In this document: positions 45,425-54,718 of the stretch, in pieces
Numbering within the stretch: position 1 is the stretch's first letter
How the letters are laid out: each line of letters starts with the position of its first letter
Assembly (NCBI GenBank): GCA_964404795.1
Contig: CAYOLI010000002.1
Coordinates: 71,766 to 135,765 of the forward strand
Source: an uncultured Candidatus Saccharibacteria bacterium
GTDB lineage: Bacteria > Patescibacteriota > Saccharimonadia > Saccharimonadales > 2-12-FULL-41-12
Direction: 5' to 3'
Length of the DNA stretch: 64,000 nt
Position numbers and translations under genes: made by a program
Notes under the pieces: model-generated
Told to the model about the DNA's origin: nothing
The model's database searches: none
What the model saw: the letters and a program-made list of their open reading frames with translations, nothing else

Positions 45425-46722
45425 ATCTTTTCCCTTCCCCCCATGTACTCCCTAAGGACATGAGGAATTATTACATCACCCTCTGGGGTTTGATTGTTCT
45501 CGATAATTGCAATTAATGGACGTTGAGAAAATGCGGTAGCATCGTTAGTATGAACAAAATTGATCTTTTTATTCTTATCTCTGTATCTAGTTTTTAGACG
45601 CCGCGCCTGGTAGTCAGTCATATAATCTGCTGTATGAGTTTCTCTGTAAGTACCCTGTCCTGCCATCCAGGCGTTTATGTCCCACCCGCTGGCGTTAGGG
45701 CCTCCAATATCAGCTGTGCACTTCTGGATTAATTCATAAGGTATCTCGAGCTCTTCCATGAGCTCTCTTTGGAGGCCAATCATCAGCTTATGCTCCTCAT
45801 ATCCCGACTCTTTGGTAGTAAAACTCTCCATCTCGAGCTTATTAAACTGATGTAGTCGAATAATCCCTTCGGTATCCTTGCCATAAGAGCCAGCTTCTCG
45901 CCTAAATGCAGTAGTAAAACCGACATACCTTGCAGGTAGATCATCGACGTCAAATACTTCTCCCTGGTGCATTGGCACTAGAGTATGCTCGGCACTGGCA
46001 TTGAGCCACAAGTCATCTTCCGCCAATTTATAGGTTGTCTCCTCTTTATCTAATCTAGCCGTTGCCTCGTATATTTCGGTCTTTGCGACTGCTGGCGGGT
46101 AAACCGGAACAAAAGGTCTATTGTCAACATTAAGCTGGTATTTAATGATTACCTTGTTGATAAATTCTGAATCAGTTAAGCGTTTTACCCCAAACTGCAT
46201 CAAGGCCATCTCCATTCTTACAAGATCGCCCTTAAGGTACACAAATCTAGCACCAGCAACCTTTGCCGCTCTTTTTTTATCGATCCACCCTTTTGACTCG
46301 CCAATCTCGATATGACTCTTTGGCTGAAAATCATATTGTCGGAGATCTCCAACCTTCTCTATGGATATATTTTGATCTTCGCTAGAGCCAACTGGAACTT
46401 CTTCAAGAGGCATATTTGGAACTTTTTTCAATAGTTCAGTTAACTGCAAGTCCAAAGCATCTAGTTTGTGCTCAAGATCTACAACCTCATGTTTTAGGTT
46501 CTTGCCCTTCTCAACAATCTCGCCCGTAGGTCTTTCATTACTTCGTTTGATTTCTTCGTTAAGCTGGTTTCGTTCACGTCTTTTACTTTCTACTTCAGAT
46601 AAAATATCGCGTCTTTGTTTGTCAAACCCAAGAATTTGACCAACATCAACATCAATATTTTTTTGCGCAGATTTCTCTTTGACTAAATCTGGATTTTCCC
46701 TTATAAACTGCAGATCTAACAT
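45421..46722 (-). CDS. serS: serine--tRNA ligase
   Basis: MLDLQFIRENPD is followed by an N-terminal coiled coil and class II motifs (FRREAGS, the GQGTYRE region). Confidence 0.95.
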   Translation of the reverse strand: MLDLQFIRENPDLVKEKSAQKNIDVDVGQILGFDKQRRDILSEVESKRRERNQLNEEIKRSNERPTGEIVEKGKNLKHEVVDLEHKLDALDLQLTELLKKVPNMPLEEVPVGSSEDQNISIEKVGDLRQYDFQPKSHIEIGESKGWIDKKRAAKVAGARFVYLKGDLVRMEMALMQFGVKRLTDSEFINKVIIKYQLNVDNRPFVPVYPPAVAKTEIYEATARLDKEETTYKLAEDDLWLNASAEHTLVPMHQGEVFDVDDLPARYVGFTTAFRREAGSYGKDTEGIIRLHQFNKLEMESFTTKESGYEEHKLMIGLQRELMEELEIPYELIQKCTADIGGPNASGWDINAWMAGQGTYRETHTADYMTDYQARRLKTRYRDKNKKINFVHTNDATAFSQRPLIAIIENNQTPEGDVIIPHVLREYMGGREKI

Positions 46723-46729
46723 AATGATA

Positions 46730-47506
46730 TTATACCTTTTTATCCAAAAATTTTAGAGTCAACTCGGTTCTAGATTTGGCATACATACAAAAATCGCAAG
46801 GACCACCCATGGCTGCAACGCCAACATCGGGCATATCTCCGTCCATACATTTTTTCATTTCTGTAATTGCTTTATCTACCCAGGAATCATCGCCATCATA
46901 TGGAATAATTTTCGTCACGAACTCCAGGCGATCACCAAACCCCTCAACATCCATCCTGGCGTTGGTGTAGACAAAGTACCCTCTAGAGCTAACCTTGAAA
47001 CCATTTTGTCTGAGTAGCCACTGATATATTTCCATTTGCCTTTTGTACATTATTTGCCAATCAGAATCGAGATTGATTGCACTCTTTTTCGAAGTGGCCT
47101 TATAGTCAACAACTATTAAATTTTCGTCTTGATCCTGCCAAACATCATCAACTGCCCCAAAAATATGTAGGTTAGTCGGCTCATGCAAGGTAGAGATACC
47201 AGTGAAATTGTAACGCCAAACATCAAGATCCTTATGCTCGAAAGGTATGGCTTGGATTTTATTTTTTGCCATTAAGGGGTGTGGTTGTTTTTTCTTTCTA
47301 TAACTATCGAATTCTTTTTTAAACAATTCATCAATCGTTTTGTTGATTTGAAAAGGGGGCCCACTGGGGCGAGTAATTTTTAGACGTGCATCTAACCAAA
47401 AACAACGAGGGCACTGCATAAAGAGCTCTATCTTACTACGAGACAATTTGTATGCCACTTTTTGATTAGGCATATACGGATTGCTTCTACTACTAAAACC
47501 ACTCAT
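46730..47506 (-). CDS. PD-(D/E)XK nuclease, Cas4/RecB-like with terminal Cys pairs
   Basis: LSRSKIELFMQCPRCFW at the N-terminus, GAVDD ... VVDYK (the D, DxK motifs), QMEIY (QxxxY) and a C-terminal CDFC are present. Confidence 0.75.
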   Translation of the reverse strand: MSGFSSRSNPYMPNQKVAYKLSRSKIELFMQCPRCFWLDARLKITRPSGPPFQINKTIDELFKKEFDSYRKKKQPHPLMAKNKIQAIPFEHKDLDVWRYNFTGISTLHEPTNLHIFGAVDDVWQDQDENLIVVDYKATSKKSAINLDSDWQIMYKRQMEIYQWLLRQNGFKVSSRGYFVYTNARMDVEGFGDRLEFVTKIIPYDGDDSWVDKAITEMKKCMDGDMPDVGVAAMGGPCDFCMYAKSRTELTLKFLDKKV

Positions 47507-47598
47507 TTATATCATTATACTTTATTTGATAGATACCATCTTTGAGCATACATTATGTAGTTTACGGTCAAAAGTGGCTACCAGCTCTAAACTAATGC

Positions 47599-48207
47599 CT
47601 AAAATTTGTCGTCAAGATTTATTGTAGGCGGAGATAACATAATTTCTTTCCCTTCGATGGCTATTGTGCGGTCAAGTTTTCTCAAGATATCTGGGTTATC
47701 AAATCTACCAATCTGATCGCTATAAAGAATTGCGATGCTACAATGTGAATTATAACTAGATCCAGCAAACCTCGTCGAACGAAGAGGAAACCCGAGGTCC
47801 GAATATACACCGTGCAGTAGAGCGTTTTCTTGTATTAATTCAGGGCTAGTCAGCTCAAAGCCGAGCTTATTTAGATTTTTACCTCCACCAAATAATGCGA
47901 GGGAACCGATAACTGTAGCTATATTCTCTTTTGCTGAGGGGATTCGCTCCAGTACGTCGCATGTTGCCGGCCCCTTTAGATAATGATTCTCCGAAAATAA
48001 GCTTGCGCCAATTACGGTAACGCCAAGAGTATTCTCGGTAAATATCCTCCCTCCCCCTCCTTCCAGATAAGGTGATAGCGTACTCTCGACAACATCAAAA
48101 ACTTCGCGAGACTCTGGTGCGATCGGTCGCCTCACAGCATAAATACCACGCTGTTTTGCGATATCTGATAACTTGGCCTTCGGTTTTTGAGGCCTTCGGT
48201 TTGACAT
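47599..48207 (-). CDS. hypothetical protein (202 aa)
   Basis: An ORF with plausible coding composition. No motif was recognised. Confidence 0.45.
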   Translation of the reverse strand: MSNRRPQKPKAKLSDIAKQRGIYAVRRPIAPESREVFDVVESTLSPYLEGGGGRIFTENTLGVTVIGASLFSENHYLKGPATCDVLERIPSAKENIATVIGSLALFGGGKNLNKLGFELTSPELIQENALLHGVYSDLGFPLRSTRFAGSSYNSHCSIAILYSDQIGRFDNPDILRKLDRTIAIEGKEIMLSPPTINLDDKF

Positions 48208-48246
48208 ATTGTACTTATAATATAATAATTATGTATTTTTTACTAG

Positions 48247-48936
48247 CTACAACAACTTACTAACAGCGACAATAGCCGCCGTCTCGGACCTTAGAGTATG
48301 GTTGCTAAGTTGCATATGTGCCAAGTAATTATCGTTAAAAAGTTCTTGCTCCGAATTACTCCAGCCACCTTCTGGCCCAATCAGCAAACCATATTCTTTT
48401 TCCAGCTCAATGACTGGTTGATGCTCAGAAGTAGAATCGCAAACTATCAATTCGATTTTGTCTTTGTATTGATCTATGGCCTTTGTTAGATGCATCGGCT
48501 CTCTAACTCTTGGTATGTCAGATCTGCCACATTGTTCGCTCGCTTCAACTATAATTTTTTTTGCGCGATCAATATTGAAATTAGTACGAATTGTCCTTTC
48601 TGAAATGATTGGCACAAAGTTAGACACTCCAAGTTCTGTACATTTTTGCAATATATGCTCGTTGTTGTCTTTTTTTAATAAACTCCATAACAAATATATG
48701 TGTATTTTTGGCAAATTTTGCTCTAGCTCGGTTTTTAATTTTAAATGCGCCTCGGTCTTCGAAATCTCAACTATTTCGTACAAACGATCGGTGGTCACGC
48801 CGTCAAACAATACGACATTCTGCCCAGCGCTAAATCTTAATACACGATTCCATTGCCAAAGAAGTTCTTCATCATGCAACCAAAAATCTTGCTTTAATTT
48901 AAAATCCTCACCGACGAAAAAACGATGAACCCGCAC
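48247..48936 (-). CDS. rsmE: 16S rRNA (uracil1498-N3)-methyltransferase RsmE
   Basis: RVHRFFV at the N-terminus and LLIGPEGGWS at the C-terminal SPOUT knot are present. Confidence 0.85.
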   Translation of the reverse strand: MRVHRFFVGEDFKLKQDFWLHDEELLWQWNRVLRFSAGQNVVLFDGVTTDRLYEIVEISKTEAHLKLKTELEQNLPKIHIYLLWSLLKKDNNEHILQKCTELGVSNFVPIISERTIRTNFNIDRAKKIIVEASEQCGRSDIPRVREPMHLTKAIDQYKDKIELIVCDSTSEHQPVIELEKEYGLLIGPEGGWSNSEQELFNDNYLAHMQLSNHTLRSETAAIVAVSKLL

Positions 48937-48948
48937 CCCGATACTCTC

Positions 48949-49734
48949 TTATTTACCAAGAGCTGCGATAATTATAATCCCAATCGCTACCTTGCTTGCC
49001 AAATCAATAAACAAATGATTTCTCTCGATAAAAAGATATTCTTTCCAACCCTTTTTGTCTGCTAAATACATGTACTGATTGAGTCCGTACAAAACGAAAC
49101 TAGCAAAAACTATGACTGCTAGAGCATAAACACTCCAAGTAAAACGTTCCATGCCGTAAACAGACGTTCCTACAACATTCGAAACAATCGGTAGCCAGGC
49201 AACTAGCCCCGCAATAATACTTAAAACGAACGGCAACCATTTCTTACTCGATGAGAATATTGCCTCTCTTTCAGAGAGCCATCCAAATAATGAAGCAATA
49301 ATAACTAGCCCAATAATTACTTTTACCTCTGCAATTTCTGTTAAGCCAGAAAGCATAGCAATAATTCCTACACTAAGGGCAGAAGTTATTCCGATAAAAA
49401 TCCACTTGTAGGCAGATAGTTTCTTCTTTACGGTTGTTTCGTAGTTAGTTCGTAGCTTTGTCGCAAGTAGCAAAGCAAATACCGCACTAACGCCAAACAT
49501 AAAAACGAATAAATACCTAATTTGCACACTGAAAAGCTCTTTAAGAGCAGGAGTTAACACAACTTCGTTACCCTGAACCAAAGCATTTCTTGCCATATAG
49601 TTTAGCCAAACGGTAACTGTCGTGCTACTTAGAGCCAGCGCCGATGTAACGGCTAGAACGACCGAAATGACGGCCGTCGCAATATTAATTTTTTTAATCT
49701 GATCTTGTAAAACTTTCTTCGTTGGTACCTTCAT
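48949..49734 (-). CDS. heliorhodopsin-like 7-TM protein with TM7 lysine
   Basis: Seven hydrophobic segments follow a basic N-terminus, which implies an N-in topology. FGWLSERE, LPFVLSIIAGLVAWLPI and YLFIERNHLFIDLASKVAIGIII are collinear with heliorhodopsin blocks recalled from memory (FGWLxE, IAGxVPW, YLxGERxYIxLSLVAKS). Confidence 0.65.
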   Translation of the reverse strand: MKVPTKKVLQDQIKKINIATAVISVVLAVTSALALSSTTVTVWLNYMARNALVQGNEVVLTPALKELFSVQIRYLFVFMFGVSAVFALLLATKLRTNYETTVKKKLSAYKWIFIGITSALSVGIIAMLSGLTEIAEVKVIIGLVIIASLFGWLSEREAIFSSSKKWLPFVLSIIAGLVAWLPIVSNVVGTSVYGMERFTWSVYALAVIVFASFVLYGLNQYMYLADKKGWKEYLFIERNHLFIDLASKVAIGIIIIAALGK

Positions 49735-49852
49735 AATGCCTCAACTATATCACACTACTCTTCTTATGTTTTCTTTTTTTGTACAATATCACTAACGTTA
49801 GTAATAAATAATAAAACCAACGACTCAATTGTTTGAATTTAACGTTGAGAAA

Positions 49853-50314
49853 TCAAGAAATACTGGTTATTACAAATTTGTTGGTTTCAATCGGCGTTTT
49901 AATCTCAACTTCTTCGCCTTCTTTCTTACCAAGCAATGCTTCACCAATCGGTGATTCATCTGAGATTTTACCATTTAAAGGATCGGCCTCAACTGTTCCT
50001 ACTACCTGAAATGTCTTTTCACTTGACCCTTTGCCCTTTAACTTCACAGTACTACCAAGGCGCACTTTACTGTCGCTCTTTGGTTTATTAATTATTTCCA
50101 CGTTCTGTAAAATATGTGCCAACTCGGCAATTCTGGCTTCAGTACGCTCTTGATCATCTTTTGCTGCATGATATTCTGCGTTCTCGCTTAAATCGCCCTG
50201 TTCGCGAGCGACCTTAATGGCCTCTGCAATCTCGCCTCGTCTGCCAACCAAAGCATCATGCTCCGCTTGTAATTCGGCAATTCCTTCTTTGGTTAAATGA
50301 AACAGTTTCTTCAT
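49853..50314 (-). CDS. greA: transcription elongation factor GreA
   Basis: LTKEGIAELQAE, GDLSENAEYHAAKD and a C-terminal ISDESPIGEALLGKKEGE are present. Confidence 0.95.
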   Translation of the reverse strand: MKKLFHLTKEGIAELQAEHDALVGRRGEIAEAIKVAREQGDLSENAEYHAAKDDQERTEARIAELAHILQNVEIINKPKSDSKVRLGSTVKLKGKGSSEKTFQVVGTVEADPLNGKISDESPIGEALLGKKEGEEVEIKTPIETNKFVITSIS

Positions 50315-50387
50315 ACTAAATTCTCCTTAAAGATGTATCTGAGGCATTCATCCTTGGTCTGGTCAAATAGATTATAGCTATTTATGC

Positions 50388-51635
50388 TTAGTTTGCAAGT
50401 AGTTTAATTAACTGATTTTGGCTAATTAATTCTGTACTACCGTCTGTTCGTCTTTTAAGCTCTAATTTTCCTAAAGCCACTACATTTGGGCTAATTACAA
50501 CCCTTAGCGGAATACCCAACAAATCGGCATCCACCAACTTAGTCCCCGGTCTTTCATCACGATCGTCTAGTAAAACCTTTACACCTTGCGATGATAGTTT
50601 ATCATATAGCTTCTCGGTTTCTTCTGCGGTATCACCAATTTGTACCAAATAAATATCAAATGGAGAAATTTGCTTTGGCCACACTAAGCCCTTTTCGTCA
50701 GAAAATTTCTCGACTATTACACCCATAACTCGACTGACTCCAATACCATAAGACGCTAGATATATTGGTTGCCTCTTGCCGTCTTCACCCGTAAATCCAA
50801 TCCCCATTTGTTCCGATTTTTCTGTACCAAAATTGAAGATATTGCCTACCTCAGCACTTTTTACTTTTTCAAGTTCTGACTTATTAACGCCTAACTCGCG
50901 TATTGCCTCATCAAGTACTTCTTCGTTAATTGCAACATTCTTTTCGCGGTGTAAATACAAAATGTCCTCACCAGCATCACATATCGTTTGAAACTCATGA
51001 CTAAATTTGGTAAAAGAACCTCCGCTCGCAAATGTAATGAAAGTTTCCTTGCCAATACCAAGCCGATTAAAGATATTCATATATGCTTCTTTTACTTTTT
51101 CATAGTAATTATTCAAGTCATCCTGCGTGGAGTGCATCGAATACATATCTTTCATCAAGAACTCGCGACCCCTCATAATTCCACTCTTGGCCCGAAGCTC
51201 ATTTCGTAATTTTGTCTGAAACTGATACACACTCAGTGGCAAATCGCGGTAGCTCGAAACATACTGCTGGATCATCTGCATTATTGGCTCCTCGTGAGAC
51301 CATGCCAACCCAATCTCGGTATTGTCCTGCATTTTTGTTTTAAACCAAATATCAACTAAATCATTGTTCCAACGATTTGTCTTTTCCCAAGTAGCTTTTG
51401 CCTGCAAAGTAGTCATTGCAAGCTCCTGTCCTCCAACTGCATTCATCTCGGTTCTAATAATCTGTTTGATATTCTCAAGTACTCGAAGCCCTAGGGGTAA
51501 ATATGCGTATACCCCAGCCATCTCTTTATATATATACCCTGCCCGGATTAGTAACTGTGCATTTTTTGCCTGCTCGTCTGCTGGCAGATTTTTGCTAGTT
51601 TTTGTAAACAATTGACTCAAACGCATACTACTCAT
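50388..51635 (-). CDS. proS: proline--tRNA ligase lacking the INS editing domain
   Basis: MRLSQLF...AQLLIRAGYI, motif 2 (FQTKLRNELRAKSGIMRGREF) and motif 3 (SYGIGVSR) are present. The protein is about 415 aa, with motif 2 and the motif 3 region separated by only a short linker. I prefer the start at 51635; the longest ORF runs to 51665. Confidence 0.9.
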   Translation of the reverse strand: MSSMRLSQLFTKTSKNLPADEQAKNAQLLIRAGYIYKEMAGVYAYLPLGLRVLENIKQIIRTEMNAVGGQELAMTTLQAKATWEKTNRWNNDLVDIWFKTKMQDNTEIGLAWSHEEPIMQMIQQYVSSYRDLPLSVYQFQTKLRNELRAKSGIMRGREFLMKDMYSMHSTQDDLNNYYEKVKEAYMNIFNRLGIGKETFITFASGGSFTKFSHEFQTICDAGEDILYLHREKNVAINEEVLDEAIRELGVNKSELEKVKSAEVGNIFNFGTEKSEQMGIGFTGEDGKRQPIYLASYGIGVSRVMGVIVEKFSDEKGLVWPKQISPFDIYLVQIGDTAEETEKLYDKLSSQGVKVLLDDRDERPGTKLVDADLLGIPLRVVISPNVVALGKLELKRRTDGSTELISQNQLIKLLAN

Positions 51636-51648
51636 AGCAGTAATTGTA

Positions 51649-52440
51649 CTAAAACCTGCCAGCAAATACGAAAAGAGATAGAAATGCTAGTCCATTTTTT
51701 GACATATGAACCAATACCCCAGCCCAAATTGATCCCGACTTTTCTCTGAGCCACACTAATACAATTGATAAAATAAATGTATCGATTGCCGCCGAGTAAA
51801 GTGGTGGTTCACCACTACCCAGCTGCAGGTGGGCAATGCCGAAAATTGCGCTAACAAGCAAAGCGGATGCTAATCGATTAAATTTTTGCCGAAGCCCGGT
51901 ATACAAAAACCCTCGAACTAAAATCTCTTCTACGATTGCTGGCAAAATAACCAAACTAATAAAGACTAAAAATAACGCTACACCATGTGAGCTTTCAAAT
52001 CCTATTTGTTGCTTCTGATCAAAATTTATTCCTGGAAATAGAATACTAACAAAACCAAAGCCAACCATTAATAGCCCAAGATAACCGAAAAACGCCGGGA
52101 CTGCGTATACAAAACTCTTTAGCATTGGTCTTTTTACTCCAAAATGACTCCACTGCACCTTTCGTCTTTTTATAAACAACCACAGACCACTTAGGGTAAT
52201 AGTCTCGACAAGTAGGATGAATAAGAATTGCACCGTAGTCGACCCTTCAAGTAGGCGACTAATCTGCTCACTATTTGTGCCAGAAAAAAGCATATAAAAA
52301 CCAATGACCATGCCTGCGAAAAACTGAGATCCAAAATAGATCATCAAGGTAACTAAAATTGCAGAGAACGCACCGTATCCAGATGTTCGTTTTATGTGCA
52401 AAAACGACTTAATTTTTTGTCTAAAAGAAACGTTTAACAT
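51649..52440 (-). CDS. CPBP family intramembrane glutamic endopeptidase (CAAX/Abi)
   Basis: EEILVRGFLY and FGIAHL are present in a polytopic membrane protein. Confidence 0.85.
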   Translation of the reverse strand: MLNVSFRQKIKSFLHIKRTSGYGAFSAILVTLMIYFGSQFFAGMVIGFYMLFSGTNSEQISRLLEGSTTVQFLFILLVETITLSGLWLFIKRRKVQWSHFGVKRPMLKSFVYAVPAFFGYLGLLMVGFGFVSILFPGINFDQKQQIGFESSHGVALFLVFISLVILPAIVEEILVRGFLYTGLRQKFNRLASALLVSAIFGIAHLQLGSGEPPLYSAAIDTFILSIVLVWLREKSGSIWAGVLVHMSKNGLAFLSLFVFAGRF

Positions 52441-53542
52441 CGACTACCGTTATCAGTACAAAAAGAAGCATCAAAAAAGCAAAACCGGTACCATGAATAT
52501 ACTCTTCTGTTCTTTTGCTAAGCGGTTGTTTTGTTGCCCTAAAAAGTAAAGTTACAAACAATCGCCCACCGTCAAGGGCTGGAATCGGTAAAATATTTAT
52601 TAAAGCTAATGTCAAAGAAATAATTGCAATAATCATTAGTATAAAATTAATCCCAAGCTTACTGCCTTCTTTCAATATGACAACAATCCCAATTGGGCCG
52701 GATACTTGTTCGCTTGCTTCTTTGGTATGTCCTTTGAATAGATTGCTAAGTGCGCTCCCTAACCCCTGATACGTTAACTGTGTGAATTGTTTCATTAATC
52801 CAGCAGCTACTATTGGGGAGGACCATGTAGATCGTCTAACTTCAAAACCTTTCTGTCCAGACGTACTTCCAATTCCAAGATATCCATTTCCGGTATTTTC
52901 GCTATTGAGTTGAGCTTGTAAGCTTTTTTCTTGACCATTACGATAAACAACTATGTCAACTTTTTTGCCAGCGTTTTCTTTTGCAATCCTCACAACCTGA
53001 TCGGCAGAGGTAATTACCTGCGAATCCAAAGACAAGATACGATCTCCCTCAACAACACCAGCCCGTTCGGCTGGTGAATTTTTTATAACAGACCCGGCCA
53101 GTACGCTACCCTTGTTTGTAACGTCTTTAATAATTTTTGTATCACGAGTAACACTAAACTGATTGTCGACAATCTTCGGCATACCAACCGCAGCTAAAAT
53201 TGTAAGAACAAAAAATGCAGCTATTAAATTCATAACTACACCCGCTAACATTATTTGGACTTTAGTTTTTATGGGAGCCGCCCCAAAACTACCTTTGCTA
53301 ACATCCGAATCGTTTTCTCCCTTTAGCCGTACAAAACCCCCTAGCGGCAATAAATTAACACTGAACGTAAACCGCTTGCCGTCTTCTCCAATCTTTTTTG
53401 ACCAAATTTTTGGCGGAAAACCAATTCCAAATTCTTCGACGTCAACTCCGCCACGACGCGCAGCGATAAAATGCCCCCATTCGTGAACTACTACCAACAT
53501 CACAAACAGAAAAATCCCAAAAATCATTAACAATGCCGTCAT
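52421..53542 (-). CDS. rseP: site-2 protease, M50 family (RseP-like) with PDZ domain
   Basis: HEWGHFIAAR (HExxH) is present, with a PDZ segment in the middle and LLPIPALDGG near the C-terminus. Confidence 0.9.
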   Translation of the reverse strand: MTALLMIFGIFLFVMLVVVHEWGHFIAARRGGVDVEEFGIGFPPKIWSKKIGEDGKRFTFSVNLLPLGGFVRLKGENDSDVSKGSFGAAPIKTKVQIMLAGVVMNLIAAFFVLTILAAVGMPKIVDNQFSVTRDTKIIKDVTNKGSVLAGSVIKNSPAERAGVVEGDRILSLDSQVITSADQVVRIAKENAGKKVDIVVYRNGQEKSLQAQLNSENTGNGYLGIGSTSGQKGFEVRRSTWSSPIVAAGLMKQFTQLTYQGLGSALSNLFKGHTKEASEQVSGPIGIVVILKEGSKLGINFILMIIAIISLTLALINILPIPALDGGRLFVTLLFRATKQPLSKRTEEYIHGTGFAFLMLLFVLITVVDVKRFF

Positions 53543-53602
53543 ATTCAGGTAGTAGTATACCTTATAAATGCTTATTTTTTACTGATTTTACGCTCGACTT
53601 GC

Positions 53603-54646
53603 TCAGCGATGGTTTTGGTCATCAAACAATTTCGAGATTGATCCACCTGTCAGATTTTCATATATAGCACGACCAATTAGAGGACCAATGGGTACTACTA
53701 CTAATTTTTCTTGCATTTCATCTCGTGCTTTTTTAATAGGCAAAGTATCTGTTACAAACACTCTATCTATAACCGACTCTGCTAACCGTTTTGGAGCATC
53801 CCCAGAAAATACCGGATGTGTAGCAGCAACAATTACCTCTTTTGCCCCAGACTCTTTTAAAATATTCGCCGCACTAATGGCCGTACCACCCCCATCAATC
53901 ATATCGTCAAACGTCAGGCAAATTTTCCCATCAACCCCCTGCACCGTTTTTTTACCACGGGTCAATATCGTGCTGTCCTCTCTAGCTCTCTCCTTGCCCA
54001 TAAATATCACTTCTATATCGGTGTCATAAGTTTTACTCAACTCTTCTGCGTGTCGATTATTATTTTTTACAGAACCAGCATCTGGAGCAACAACCGTTGA
54101 GTTTAGTACGCTAGAGCCAAGTCGTTGTGCGATTGCTCGCCTAAGTTCTGGCTGTGCAGTCAGATGGTCGTACGAACCAGCTCTAAAATGCTCGGTTGTC
54201 TGTTGCGAATGGACATCTAAACTCATCATAGTGGTGGCACCCGCTACTTCAAAAAACTGAATCAACAGAGGAGCCGGCACAATCTCTCTGCCTTTTGATT
54301 TTCTATCGCCTCTACTATATGCAAGATATGGAGCAATAGCTGTTACCGATTTGGCAGATGAATCCATTGCAGCACTCACCATAAACAAATGCTCTTCTAC
54401 GGCTTCTTGCAGCTTGTATGCTCCATATGTAGCATGTGATTGAACCACAAATACCGACTTACCCCTGACAGAATTTTCGTATCGAGCGTAGAGTTCGTCG
54501 TTCGGATGTCTTTTTAGTTCTACCTCTGCCAACTCAACGCCCAGCGACTCTGCAATCGACTCGCCAAGCTCTGGATTTACTCCCCCCGATACTAATACTA
54601 CTTCTTGTTTTTGATTTGGTGGAATTTCAAATGACTTTATGCTCAC
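53603..54646 (-). CDS. prs: ribose-phosphate pyrophosphokinase
   Basis: DVHS and the PRPP-binding loop FDDMIDGGGT are present in a two-domain PRTase-like layout. Confidence 0.85.
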   Translation of the reverse strand: MSIKSFEIPPNQKQEVVLVSGGVNPELGESIAESLGVELAEVELKRHPNDELYARYENSVRGKSVFVVQSHATYGAYKLQEAVEEHLFMVSAAMDSSAKSVTAIAPYLAYSRGDRKSKGREIVPAPLLIQFFEVAGATTMMSLDVHSQQTTEHFRAGSYDHLTAQPELRRAIAQRLGSSVLNSTVVAPDAGSVKNNNRHAEELSKTYDTDIEVIFMGKERAREDSTILTRGKKTVQGVDGKICLTFDDMIDGGGTAISAANILKESGAKEVIVAATHPVFSGDAPKRLAESVIDRVFVTDTLPIKKARDEMQEKLVVVPIGPLIGRAIYENLTGGSISKLFDDQNHR

Positions 54647-54718
54647 GTTAGTGATTTAACCCTCCTAAAAAGCCACCCTCTGACTCAATTACATCACACC
54701 AAAATACATGAGTCAAAA

